48,263 nt of DNA from an uncultured Rickettsiales bacterium (GTDB lineage Bacteria > Pseudomonadota > Alphaproteobacteria > Rickettsiales > SXRF01), in contig CAZFJN010000004.1 in the NCBI GenBank assembly GCA_964519595.1, positions 8,879-57,141 of the forward strand, read 5' to 3'. The notes beneath the pieces are model-generated. The model was given only the letters and a program-made list of their open reading frames with translations, did no database searches and was not told where the DNA came from. A program made the translations under genes and the position numbers. Shown piece after piece: positions 15,603 to 25,900 of the stretch. Every line of letters starts with the position of its first letter. Positions within the stretch are counted from its first letter, which is position 1.

Positions 15603-17552
15603 ATGCATGATACTATGTCTGATAAAAATACACGCAATACGAAAAAATCTGGAAATAAGCAAAAAGCTGAAAATAAGCCGGAATTTGAAAATAAGTCAGA
15701 ATCTGGAAGTAATAAAGAATCTGGAAATAAGTCAGAGTCTGAAAAAAAATACAAAACGGAATCAAGCAAGCACAAAAATGAATCAACTGCTTCTCAGGCT
15801 GATGCGGCGATATTCGCCAGAAATATGGCAGAAGCCGGAGAAAAATGTAACAGAATTCTTCAGGAATTACTGCTTAGCAGATCAAAGGATATTGCCAATA
15901 TTCCAGTTGATCCTTTGAATATTTCCTCAGCTTTTGCCGAGCTTATTACGCGCATGATGAGCGATCCGGCGCGGCTGGTAGAGCGTCAACTTGGCTTCTG
16001 GCAGAATTATCTGGAACTATGTGATAATACCGCGCACAAGCTGGCTGGCGAGGAAAAGCCGCCGCTTATCGTTCCAGACAGTCGTGATCGCCGCTTTAAG
16101 GATGAAGCATGGCAACAAAATACCATGTTTGATTTTTTAAAACAATCATATCTGCTGTCAGCGCGCTGGTTGCAGGAAGTTGTCGGCGAGGCGCGCAACG
16201 GAATGGATTCACATTCCAGCCGCAAAATTGATTTTTATACAAGACAATTTATCGACGCGCTGAGTCCTTCTAATTTTCTGATGACTAATCCGGAAGTTTT
16301 AAAAGCAACGCTGAATTCCAACGGCGAAAATCTGGTCAAAGGCTTGTCCAATATGCTTGAGGATATTGAGCGCGGCAAAGGCAATCTGCGTATCAGCATG
16401 ACTGATGAAAAGGCTTTTGAGGTTGGCAAAAATCTGGCGGTTACGCCCGGAAAAGTGGTGTTTCAGAATGATCTGATGCAGCTTATTCAATATGAACCAA
16501 CAACTTCTGAAGTATATAAAACGCCGCTGCTGGTTATTCCAGCGTGGATAAATAAATATTACATACTGGATTTACAGCCGGAAAATTCCGTGGTGCGTTA
16601 TTTTGTCGATCAGGGTTATACGGTGTTTATAGTTTCCTGGGTAAATCCAGATGACAGATTAAGCGAGAAAAGCTTTGATGATTATATGAAAGAAGGGCCG
16701 CTTGCCGCTCTTGATGCGATAGAGAAAGTTACCGGAAATTCTGAAACCAGCGTGGTTGCTTATTGTCTTGGCGGAACTTTGCTGGCGATAACTCTGGCGT
16801 GGTTGCGCGCGAATAATCAGGAAAACAGAGTGAAGTCGGCGACATATCTTACTACGATGATTGATTTTTCAGAAGCTGGCGAGCTGGCGGTTTTTGTTGA
16901 TGATGAGCAGCTTAAAATGCTTGAATCAAGAATGTCGCGGCAGGGTTATCTTGACGGTTCAGAAATGGCAATGACCTTCAATATGCTGCGCGCTAATGAC
17001 CTTATCTGGTCGTTTGTGGTGAATAATTATCTGCTTGGCAAGGATCCTTTTCCTTTTGATCTTCTCTATTGGAATTCTGATTCAACGCGAATGCCGGCGG
17101 CGATGCACAGTTTTTATCTGCGTAACATGTATCAGAAAAATCTGCTGATTAAAAAAAATGCTCTAACCATAAACGGCGTGAAAATTGATCTTTCGACAAT
17201 AAAAACGCCAAGCTATCTGTTATCAACACGCGAAGATCATATTGCGCCGTGGAAATCAACTTATGCGGCAACTCAGATCTATAGCGGCAACAGACGCTTC
17301 GTTCTCGCCGCTAGCGGACATATTGCCGGAGTTGTTAATCCTCCTTATAAAAATAAATATTCACACTGGATTAATGAAAATCTGCCGCAATTTCCTGACA
17401 AATGGTTTGAAGATGCTACGGAAATTCAAGGATCATGGTGGCCAGACTGGATGAAATGGCACGAAAAATATGCCGGAGAAAAAATTCCGGCCAGAAAAAC
17501 CGGCAAATTCATTGAAGAAGCGCCGGGAAGTTATGTTAAAATTTCTGGATAA
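15603..17552 (+). CDS. phaC: class I poly(3-hydroxyalkanoate) synthase PhaC
   Basis: 649 aa with the lipase-box variant AYCLGGT and conserved PhaC blocks (FLMTNPEV, PLLVIPAWINKYYILDL, DHIAPW). The first ~55 aa are a Lys/Glu/Ser/Asn repeat, so the true start may be further downstream. Confidence 0.93.
   Translation: MHDTMSDKNTRNTKKSGNKQKAENKPEFENKSESGSNKESGNKSESEKKYKTESSKHKNESTASQADAAIFARNMAEAGEKCNRILQELLLSRSKDIANIPVDPLNISSAFAELITRMMSDPARLVERQLGFWQNYLELCDNTAHKLAGEEKPPLIVPDSRDRRFKDEAWQQNTMFDFLKQSYLLSARWLQEVVGEARNGMDSHSSRKIDFYTRQFIDALSPSNFLMTNPEVLKATLNSNGENLVKGLSNMLEDIERGKGNLRISMTDEKAFEVGKNLAVTPGKVVFQNDLMQLIQYEPTTSEVYKTPLLVIPAWINKYYILDLQPENSVVRYFVDQGYTVFIVSWVNPDDRLSEKSFDDYMKEGPLAALDAIEKVTGNSETSVVAYCLGGTLLAITLAWLRANNQENRVKSATYLTTMIDFSEAGELAVFVDDEQLKMLESRMSRQGYLDGSEMAMTFNMLRANDLIWSFVVNNYLLGKDPFPFDLLYWNSDSTRMPAAMHSFYLRNMYQKNLLIKKNALTINGVKIDLSTIKTPSYLLSTREDHIAPWKSTYAATQIYSGNRRFVLAASGHIAGVVNPPYKNKYSHWINENLPQFPDKWFEDATEIQGSWWPDWMKWHEKYAGEKIPARKTGKFIEEAPGSYVKISG
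15648..15749 (+). repeat. 18-bp periodic repeat at the phaC 5' end (tctggaaataag / gctgaaaataag / tttgaaaataag ...)
   Basis: Read directly. Encodes SGNK..AENK..FENK..SGNK. Confidence 0.8.
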
Positions 17553-18561
17553 GAGCAGCTTCAATTTTTCTGGCTACTACTTCCTGGCTATATTCAGTTT
17601 TAGCTTTGGCAAGGCCATTGGCGGCCAGTTTTTCGCGCAATTCGCTTGAGGAGAGCAATTTCTCCATAGCATCAGCAAGCTGCTGAGGGTTTTTCTTTTC
17701 AACGATAATTCCATCGTAATCAGCTTTTATAATTTCCTGTGGTCCTTCGCTGTTGGTTGAGATTATCGCAGCGCCATGTGTGAATGCTTCCAGTAACACT
17801 ATGCCAAAAGGCTCATGAAGAGAAGGAAGGCAGAAAATATCTATTGCTTTGTAAAAGGCCAGACGGTCTTCTATCCAGCCGCTAAATTCGAGATAATTAT
17901 CCAGCTTTCTTTCTGCCGCCAGAGCTTTCAGCGCTTTTTCTTCCTCGCCGCTGCCGCCTAGAACTGCCTTAAAAACTATGCCGTGATTTTTAAGAATCGC
18001 CAGAGCCTCAATATAATCATCAAAGCCTTTTTTCTTTACAAATCTTCCTATAGCGCCAATTACCAGCGTGGTGCGATTTTTTTCACGCAGTGGCAAGGAA
18101 TTGCATTTGATCATATTTGGAATGTGATGAATCTTCTCTCGTAAGATGCCGCTTTCAACAAGTTTTTCAATCAGATCAGCAGTAGGAGCAAAAACCATAT
18201 CAGGATTTTTATAACGGCTTATTGAATAGTTATTCACTACGCCAACAAGCGGAAAATTTCTCTTCTTAAGAGCGCGTAAAGCTATTCCAATTGCGCGGTT
18301 GGCATGAGTTATAACGGCATCAGGAGCGAGATTACGAATAATACGGCGTAGACGAAACCACGCCAGAACATCATATTCACTGAGGTTAAATAAGCTGATT
18401 GTGGCGATATTCCGCTCTTTCATCTGCAATTCTGTCCATGAGCCGGGAAAAACAATCGCCGTTACATCATGGCCAATTCCTTGCAGCGATTCGCAGTAAT
18501 CAACTGCGGCTTGTTCAATCCCTCCGCCTTTTTTGGCAAGCATTATTACAGCTATTTTCAT
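17536..18561 (-). CDS. glycosyltransferase family 4 (GT-B, LPS/polysaccharide biosynthesis)
   Basis: 341 aa with the C-terminal EX7E-type motif (LHEPFGIVLLEAFTHGAAII) and a GT4 N-terminal Gly-rich start. Its 3' end overlaps phaC convergently by 17 nt. Confidence 0.85.
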   Translation of the reverse strand: MKIAVIMLAKKGGGIEQAAVDYCESLQGIGHDVTAIVFPGSWTELQMKERNIATISLFNLSEYDVLAWFRLRRIIRNLAPDAVITHANRAIGIALRALKKRNFPLVGVVNNYSISRYKNPDMVFAPTADLIEKLVESGILREKIHHIPNMIKCNSLPLREKNRTTLVIGAIGRFVKKKGFDDYIEALAILKNHGIVFKAVLGGSGEEEKALKALAAERKLDNYLEFSGWIEDRLAFYKAIDIFCLPSLHEPFGIVLLEAFTHGAAIISTNSEGPQEIIKADYDGIIVEKKNPQQLADAMEKLLSSSELREKLAANGLAKAKTEYSQEVVARKIEAALIQKF

Positions 18562-18645
18562 GTGCGTTTCATGTGTGTTTTATTGTGTGTTTTATGTGTG
18601 TTTCTATTTACGTTTTTGTGCATTTTATGTAAGTTTATGTGCGAT
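18559..18645. repeat. degenerate tgtgtgtttta-type repeats upstream of the GT4 gene
   Basis: Read directly. These create the spurious ORFs 18399-18632 and 18469-18654. Confidence 0.7.
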
Positions 18646-18782
18646 CAGAATTGACTATGTTTGTCAGCGCTTCTATAAACCGGATGTTTAATAGAAGGCT
18701 AACAAAAAGGCTGCGATTTAAAAGACTATAGTCTATTGCATGGTTTTTTATCGTTATTTTATCGTCATATTGCATCGTTATT

Positions 18783-20114
18783 ATGTTTATAGGCAAATCA
18801 ACATTTTACCAACAAGTTTTTGCGCGTGATCGCTTGCAGGCGCGGCTGGCCTTGTCTGCTTTATATATTCTGATGCTAATGCCTTTATTGATGATTTTTA
18901 CACGCGCTGGCGTTGAAGTATCATGTGGTGTGATTATTCTGCTGTTTCTCTATCACAGCTATCGTTATCAGCGCTGGCAATGGCTTAAAGAACCGCCGGT
19001 TATTATTGCCCTTGGATTATGGCTTTATACAGTTGTGGTGGTGACGCCGCTGGCGGTTGATGTTAAACTTTCCTTGTCGCGTGTTGACTGGCTGCGTTTT
19101 ATAATTTTATTCGCAGCGATTGTTTACTGGCTGGCGGATTTTCATCAGGAATTGCGGCGCATTTCCTTATTCATATTAGGAATTCTGCTGTTGTCATCGG
19201 CTGATGCTTTGTGGCAATTTTTCAGCGGATATTCGCTGTTTGGCGCGTCTTACAATGATTCAAGACTTACCGGCCCTTTTCAAAAGCCGGTTATTGGCAT
19301 ATTTCTGGCGAAAATGAGCATACCATCTATTGGCATTCTCCTTTATTACGCCTGGCTTGAGAAGAGTAAAAAACAGGCGATTGCGCTGCTGCTTGCTCTT
19401 TGCGTTATATTATCAACCATAGTGCTGAGTAATGAACGCACGGCATCAATAACTGTGTTCCTAGGCGTAATGTTAATCATTGGCGGTTTGTTCATGCGCT
19501 TTAGGGAAATGCGTGGCGTGCTGTTTTACAGTACAGCGCTGATCAGCCTGATTGTTGCCGGATTATTTCTGACGCAGACGAGTTTGCAAACACGCCTGAA
19601 TTCCAGTCGTGATACGCTTAATGAGTTTGAAAAAAGCGATTATGCTTATTTGTGGAATGCGGCAATTGAAATGTGGCGTAAACATCCGGCAACCGGAGTA
19701 GGGCTTAGTAATTTCCGGGCAATGTGTCCGCAGATAATGCCTTCGGAAACTGTTGAGCGCTGTAATTTACATCCTCATAATATCTATCTTGAGGCTTTGT
19801 CAGAATCAGGGATATTAGGACTTTCCGGCTTGATTATAATGACAATGAGCCTTTTTATCGCTATATTCGAACAGAAGTCGGCATCGGCAGCTAAAGAATC
19901 TTTTCAAGGCTCTTCTGAAGAATCTTCCGGCGCGTTATCTTATTCTGATCGAGAAAGAGGCTTATATATTCTGAAGATTTTTGCGCTTGCTGGCCTTACA
20001 ATTCATTTTTTTCCATTAATTGCAACACAGAGTTTTTATTCAAACTGGCCGGCATTTTTAGCATGGCAATCAATTTCCTGGTCACTGGCTGTGGTGCGAG
20101 GAGCTGCTAGATAG
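18783..20114 (+). CDS. O-antigen ligase / O-antigen polymerase family membrane protein (Wzy_C domain)
   Basis: 443 aa with many predicted TM segments and the family motif NLHPHNIYLEALSESGILGL. The last sense codon and the stop lie inside the terminal inverted repeat of a palindromic element. Confidence 0.8.
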   Translation: MFIGKSTFYQQVFARDRLQARLALSALYILMLMPLLMIFTRAGVEVSCGVIILLFLYHSYRYQRWQWLKEPPVIIALGLWLYTVVVVTPLAVDVKLSLSRVDWLRFIILFAAIVYWLADFHQELRRISLFILGILLLSSADALWQFFSGYSLFGASYNDSRLTGPFQKPVIGIFLAKMSIPSIGILLYYAWLEKSKKQAIALLLALCVILSTIVLSNERTASITVFLGVMLIIGGLFMRFREMRGVLFYSTALISLIVAGLFLTQTSLQTRLNSSRDTLNEFEKSDYAYLWNAAIEMWRKHPATGVGLSNFRAMCPQIMPSETVERCNLHPHNIYLEALSESGILGLSGLIIMTMSLFIAIFEQKSASAAKESFQGSSEESSGALSYSDRERGLYILKIFALAGLTIHFFPLIATQSFYSNWPAFLAWQSISWSLAVVRGAAR

Positions 20115-20254
20115 TGTCGTCACGAGATGGAGCATGTGGCGAAAACAGCCATTTTTGAGAACCGGAAGTTCCAATGTACTAAAGTACATGAAAGCCGGAA
20201 GCGCAGAAAATGGCTGTTTGCAGACCATGATACATCTCGTGACGACACTATCTA
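20108..20254. mobile_element. MITE-like long palindromic element B (~147 bp), non-coding
   Basis: Perfect 22-bp terminal inverted repeats tagatagtgtcgtcacgagatg (20108-20129) and catctcgtgacgacactatcta (20233-20254). The interior is partly palindromic (aaacagccatttt / aaaatggctgttt; atgtact / agtacat). It shares the heptamer tcgtcac with element A. Confidence 0.65.
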
Positions 20255-20322
20255 ATTCGCAAAATAATTTAAAAATACATTGAGAAATACTGTGAAGAAT
20301 ATACGGTAAACTGGAAGGCGCT

Positions 20323-21156
20323 ATGAAAAAACGTAAATTGCCAATTTCTTGTTTTATTATTGCCAGAAATGAAGGCGATCGAATTACTGCTACTATAGAA
20401 AGCGTCAAAGATCTGGTTGAGGAAATAATAGTTATAGATAGCGGCAGTAAGGATAATACGGTTGCTATTTGTGAATCTCTTGGCGCGCGCGTTCTTTATA
20501 ATCACTGGACTGGATATGGTCCGCAAAAGCGCTTTGGCGAGGATCATTGCAGCAAAGACTGGCTGCTTAATCTTGATGCTGATGAGGTTCTAACTGCTGA
20601 TCTGGTTTACGAGATATTAGAACAATTTCCTGATGGAAAACCGCCTTCAGAAAATATCAGCGGCTTTTATTTTCGTATTTGCGACATGTTGCCAGGCGAG
20701 GCGAAACTGCTTCCTTATGCACATACAAATACCTGCCTGCGGCTTTATAATAAAAATAAAGCGCGTTTTTCTGACAGTCCGGTTCATGATTCCGTTATAT
20801 TGCGCGAAGGAGATACGGAAATTCTGCAAAATCCGGTTTTGCATTATTCATTCCGCGGCTTATCGCATATGCTCAGTAAAATAAATGATTACAGTGACGC
20901 GCAGTCTGAGTTGCTATATAGAAATAGCCAGAATAAAGCGCCGGCAAATGCAGTAAATAATCAACCAGGAAAAGTACAAGGAAAAGGAATCAGAAAACCT
21001 TATTTTCGTTTGCTGATAGAGTTTCCTTTTGCTTTTATAAAAATATATTTTCTGCGCCTTTATATTCTGCGCGGTTGGCGTGGTTTTATATATTCAATGG
21101 CGTATGCTTTCGGACGTTTTCTGCGCGTTGCTAAATATGTGGAAAAAATGCGCTAG
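20323..21156 (+). CDS. glycosyltransferase family 2 (LPS core type, KdtX/WaaE-like)
   Basis: ISCFIIARNEGDRI ... VIDSGSKDNT ... LNLDADE are classic GT2 motifs. Confidence 0.85.
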   Translation: MKKRKLPISCFIIARNEGDRITATIESVKDLVEEIIVIDSGSKDNTVAICESLGARVLYNHWTGYGPQKRFGEDHCSKDWLLNLDADEVLTADLVYEILEQFPDGKPPSENISGFYFRICDMLPGEAKLLPYAHTNTCLRLYNKNKARFSDSPVHDSVILREGDTEILQNPVLHYSFRGLSHMLSKINDYSDAQSELLYRNSQNKAPANAVNNQPGKVQGKGIRKPYFRLLIEFPFAFIKIYFLRLYILRGWRGFIYSMAYAFGRFLRVAKYVEKMR

Positions 21157-21180
21157 AATATGCTCTAGAATAAAACAGCT

Positions 21181-22803
21181 TCATAAATCTTTGCCATTTT
21201 TATCAGCAATCATGGTCAGGCTCAGCTTTCTTGAGTCACGCGTAAATATCATTTCTTTATCTATAATTCCCATATTTGGCGGTATATTGCTTTTGGCTAT
21301 TCCGGCGATGGTATTCTGGCCATTGCGGTACAAGCCAATTATAACACGCGGACGATCAATAAAAACCTGCGAACCGCGCAACAAGTCGATTGTTTCTTTA
21401 ACTGAACTCGGATAAGCGCCTTTCTGCAAATGATGCACTACTAAAACCGCGCTGTTTTTACTAATAGCGAACTCTTCAATAGCTTCAAAAAATTCACTTA
21501 CCACGCCGGCATCTTCTTCATCTCCGGCAAGATATTTCCGCGCTGGATCAATTACCACAAGCGGCACTTCCGGAATTTTCTGTAAATTACGCAAATGCTG
21601 CGCGAAAGAAATACCGTCGCCAAAATCTGTGCGCTGGAACATCAGGCGCTTGGCGCGTCCTTTCGGATCAAGCACAGAAGTTCGCGCATTGATAATTGGC
21701 GGACCATCTTCTCCGGCAAAATAAATGCTCACGCCGCGGCATTTTTCTATATTGACCTTCTGGCCAAGCCAGATTGGCGCTTCTTCATCAGGTGGATAGT
21801 CAGTTGCGGCGATAATGCAGAGCTGATGAGCAAGGCTGCTTTTTCCTGCTCCTCCTGCCGCTGCCAGTAATGAAACAGAACCACGCGGCAATAATCCTGG
21901 AACTATAAATTCAAATGTTTCTTTTCCCTCGCCACGCATAGGGCCAATTGAATCAAATAAATTGACATCTCGCGCTACCATATCAAAAAAGCGAAGATTA
22001 TTTTCCACATCATCACGATTGCGACCAAATTTACGATATAAAGAATGATGACGTTCATAAGAATTCCAGCAATAGGCAGCGTCAATAATGTCCTGTGTGT
22101 CTATCGCCAGAGTTTTTAAATAGTTTTCCGCAGTGGATTTATTTTCAGATTTATTTTTAGATTTATTTTCAGAGTAATCATACAAGTCTATTATTCTGGA
22201 AAAATCTGGATGGTTGAATAATCCGTTGTTAGTAAGATAAGAAATTCCGGATAATAAATAATGTCCGGCATATGCTTCTCCAGACATTCCGGCCAGATCG
22301 AATAATTCTTTGCAACCGACTACTGTTTTGCTGTTAGCGGCAAGAGGTAGTGGATTCTTTGCGATGGCGATTATTTTAAGTCCGGCGCGTTCATTTTCAC
22401 CGCGCACGAAAAAATCGCTCAAAGCGCCGATTTCTTTGATTCTTTCTACAACATCATCATTAAGTATCTCAACGCCAAGCGCCAGAACAGTTGCCCAGGC
22501 GAATCCTGAGCCAATTGGCACATATTCATCGCCTTCACGATGATGCACAACCGGATCAAGCAGTAGCGGGCTGTTTGGCAATATTCCAGAATTATAATGC
22601 AGCAATATTTCATCAACTGCTGCGGCGCTTTGTTCTTTCGTAAACCAGAGAGAAAAATCCGGCTGTAATATTCTAAACGGTATTTGTTGCTTTGGCGAAT
22701 AAATACGCATTGCGCCGGAAAGCCCTGCCGCTTGATGTATTTGCCACAAAGTTTCTAATTCAGAAACCAGCGATTGTTTTAGATCGTTAATTACATTAAT
22801 CAT
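21181..22803 (-). CDS. orphan RepA-like (AAA_25 / RecA-fold) ATPase with a ~300-aa N-terminal domain of unknown function
   Basis: The C-terminal half has LLPRGSVSLLAAAGGAGKSSLAHQL (Walker A), IYFAGEDGP, PLVVIDPARKYL (Walker B) and AVLVVHHLQKG. This is the pattern of RSF1010 RepA / AAA_25 proteins. I recognise nothing in the N-terminal half. Confidence 0.75.
   Translation of the reverse strand: MINVINDLKQSLVSELETLWQIHQAAGLSGAMRIYSPKQQIPFRILQPDFSLWFTKEQSAAAVDEILLHYNSGILPNSPLLLDPVVHHREGDEYVPIGSGFAWATVLALGVEILNDDVVERIKEIGALSDFFVRGENERAGLKIIAIAKNPLPLAANSKTVVGCKELFDLAGMSGEAYAGHYLLSGISYLTNNGLFNHPDFSRIIDLYDYSENKSKNKSENKSTAENYLKTLAIDTQDIIDAAYCWNSYERHHSLYRKFGRNRDDVENNLRFFDMVARDVNLFDSIGPMRGEGKETFEFIVPGLLPRGSVSLLAAAGGAGKSSLAHQLCIIAATDYPPDEEAPIWLGQKVNIEKCRGVSIYFAGEDGPPIINARTSVLDPKGRAKRLMFQRTDFGDGISFAQHLRNLQKIPEVPLVVIDPARKYLAGDEEDAGVVSEFFEAIEEFAISKNSAVLVVHHLQKGAYPSSVKETIDLLRGSQVFIDRPRVIIGLYRNGQNTIAGIAKSNIPPNMGIIDKEMIFTRDSRKLSLTMIADKNGKDL
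22126..22161 (-). repeat. in-frame 12-bp tandem repeat x3 in the RepA-like ATPase gene (ENKS KNKS ENKS)
   Basis: gatttattttca, gatttattttta, gatttattttca. Confidence 0.9.
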
Positions 22804-22816
22804 GTGCTTATTGAGT

Positions 22817-22898
22817 GAGATTATTCAAATTATTTATTCAGTACGGTTATTCAGTAAGATTATTCAGTAAGGTTATTCAGCAAGATTATTTATTCAGA
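22817..22898. repeat. intergenic 13-14-bp repeat ([ag]gttattcagtaa / gattattcagtaa) x5-6 between the RepA-like gene and addB
   Basis: Read directly. Confidence 0.85.
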
Positions 22899-22966
22899 GC
22901 ATACATAATCGTAAGCAGATTATAACATAGCATGAAATTTATCTGTCATGAAACGAGTTTTATAAA

Positions 22967-25900
22967 ATGAATTCTGCGGTTTTTTATAATATTTCTCCAC
23001 AGAAAGATTTTCTGGCGACTCTGGCGCGCTATCTGCTGGCGCGTTATAGCGATAATCCGCTGACTCTGGCAAAAACCCTGATTTTACTTCCTACGCGCCG
23101 CAGTTGTCGGCAATTGCATGAGGCGTTTTTTCATATCAGCAATGGTAAGCCTATGCTGTTGCCGCGCATTAATCCAATTGGCGATCTGGATTTTGATGAA
23201 TTTAATTTAAATGACTATAATCTAAGCGAATCTGATTTAAGCGAATTTACTTCAAGTGAATTTAATTCAAGTGAATCTGCTGATTGTGATAATATTCAGA
23301 GCAATAATATTGCTTGCGGAATAATGCCGCAAATGCGTCGTCTTGGCTTGCTGATGCAGCTTATTATACGCAGTCGTCCGATGTCTTCAGCGCGAGCTTA
23401 TCTGCTGGCGGTTGAATTAGCGCGTCTGCTTGATGAGGTTTATATAAGCGGCCTTGATTTTTCCAATCTGGATAATTTAGCGCCGCTGGAGCTGGCGGAA
23501 CATTGGCGTCAGACAACTGATTTTCTAAGGATTATTACGCATTCATGGCCGCATATTTTACAGGAAATGAACAAATGCGATGCGGCTTTTGCAATGCGCG
23601 TAAAAACACTGCGCCTTATTGAATGCTGGAAAAAAAATCCGCCGCCTTTTCCGGTAATTGCCGCCGGATCAACTGGCAGTATTCCAACTACCGCCTCTTT
23701 GCTTGGCGTAATTGCGGCAATGAAACAAGGGATGGTTATTCTGCCAGGACTTGACAAAAACATGTCTGAAGCTGCCTGGGAAGCGATAGATAACACACAT
23801 CCGCAATCAGCAATTAAGCTGTTATTGGAAAATTCAGCAGTTCATTATCAGGATGTTCGTGAATTAGACGATCAACAATTAGATGATCAACATATTTGTG
23901 AATCAGATGATAAACAATTCCGCGCAGAAAAATTGCCAGAGACACAACTGCAAGATACACAAGCAGTAGATAAGCAAGCCATAGATAAGCAAGCCATAGA
24001 TAAGCAAACAGTAGATAAGCAAACAGTAGATAAGCAAACAGTAGATAAGCAAACCATAGATAAGCAAACCATAGATAAGCAAGCAGGGGATAAGCAGTTA
24101 CAGGGTTTTCAATTAGATTCTGGGCAATTAGATTCTGAGCAATCAGATTCTTCACTAGCTGAATTTTTAAGTATTTTGTTTATGCCAGCGCCTTTGACCG
24201 CGCAGTGGCGAGAAAAAATAGAAAATTTTGAGGCAGCGCGTGATCTGAAAAATATTCGCCTGCTGCAAGCTGATACGCAGAATGAGGAAGCAAGAATGAT
24301 TGCTTTCCATTTGCGAAAGATTCTGGAAACTCCTGGAAAAACTGCTGCTTTTGTAACGCCGGACAGAAATCTGGCGGCGATGGTCGCCGCGGAATGCAAG
24401 GCTTATGGTTTAAATATTGATGATTCTGCTGGAACAAATTTATCAAGAACTCCTTGCGGCGTTTTTATGCGCCTTATTTGCGAGGTAAGCGCAAGCGGCG
24501 CTGTGCCACAAACTCTGTTGGCTCTTTTGCAACATCCTTTTGCGACTCTTGGCGGCAAGGTGGAGAATCGTCAACCATATAGAAACTGGCTGGAATATAA
24601 TATATTGCGCGGCGTTCGTCTAAAGCAGGGAACAGACTCTTTGCTTGAGCAGATTATTCTTAAATCGCCGCCGGATAATCTCGTTACTGCCTTTAAAAAT
24701 CTTCAGGCGGCAATTCGTCCGTTGGAAATGCTTTATCTGCGTGATTCTCCGGTTGCTCTTGCTGAGATTATCAAGCTTCATTGTCAGGCGGCGGAATCTA
24801 TTGCTGATAATGATAATAATTCCGGAAGCGATATAATATGGCGCGGCGAACATGGCGAGGCAATGGCGGAATTCTTTGCCAAATGGCGTGATGATGCTGA
24901 CTATTTTGGCGAGATAAAGCCGCATGATTATTCTTCTTTATTTACCACGGCGCTTGCTGCGGAAGTAAGCCGACCGCGTTACGGAACTCATCCGCGATTG
25001 CATATTTTAAGTCCTATGGAAGCGCGTTTGCTGCATTATGACATGGTAATTATTGGCGATATGAATGAAGGAACACTGCCCGGCCTTACTAATCCTGATC
25101 CATGGATGAGCATTCAGATGCGAAAATCTTTCGGATTAGCTGATGCAGAGCTTAATATTGGCAGAAGCGCACATGATTTATGGCGAATTATGCATGGTAA
25201 GGAGGTTATATTAACGCGCGCGCGCAAGGCTGCTGGCGTTCCTCAGAAACCTTCACGATGGTGGATAAGGCTTGCAAATATTCTCTCCGGCAAAGATCCG
25301 GAATTGTTAGAAAGAATTGATATAAGCGAAGCTACACAAAAGATAATAAAAGAGCGCGATAAGGTGAATTATTCGCAGACATTGAAGCGTCCTGAGCCTT
25401 CGCCGCCGCTTCAGGCGAGAGCTAAGAGTTTTTCAGTAAGCGATCTGGATCTCTGGCATAAAGATCCTTACGCTTTTTATGCTAAAAAAATTCTGAAATT
25501 ACGTCCGTTGCCGCCTGTTGATCAGGATCCTGATTCTGCGGAATTTGGTAAATTAATTCACAAAACAATGGAAATATTTTCTTCTCTTTATCCGGATAAT
25601 CTGCCGGAAAATGCGCTGCAATTGCTTATTTCCTGCGGACAAAATGTTTTCCAGCCTTACCTTTCGCAGCCGGCGGTGGTAAATATGTGGTATCCGCGCT
25701 TTGAGGCTATTGCCGGAAGCTGGTTAAAACGTGAATATTTTATGCGCCGTGAAAATTATCATACTGAAAGCGAATGCGCGGCAAAATGGCAATTTACGCT
25801 TGCCAATCAGGAAATAAGCATCAGCGCGCGTGCTGATCGCGTTGATATTATTGGCAGTAATATCAGCAATAGTTTTCGCCTTATTGATTACAAAACTGGA

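Noticed and set aside
20082-20408. 108-aa minus-strand ORF spanning the MITE-like element and the GT2 start region
   Set aside because: It reads through a palindromic non-coding element and overlaps the start of a well-supported GT2 gene. It has no motif.
23814-24155. Antisense ORFs (23814-24155, 23887-24072) encoding LFAYL / VCLS repeat peptides
   Set aside because: They are simply the reverse-complement reading of the addB 15-bp tandem repeat. The sense frame is continuous with a recognisable AddB.
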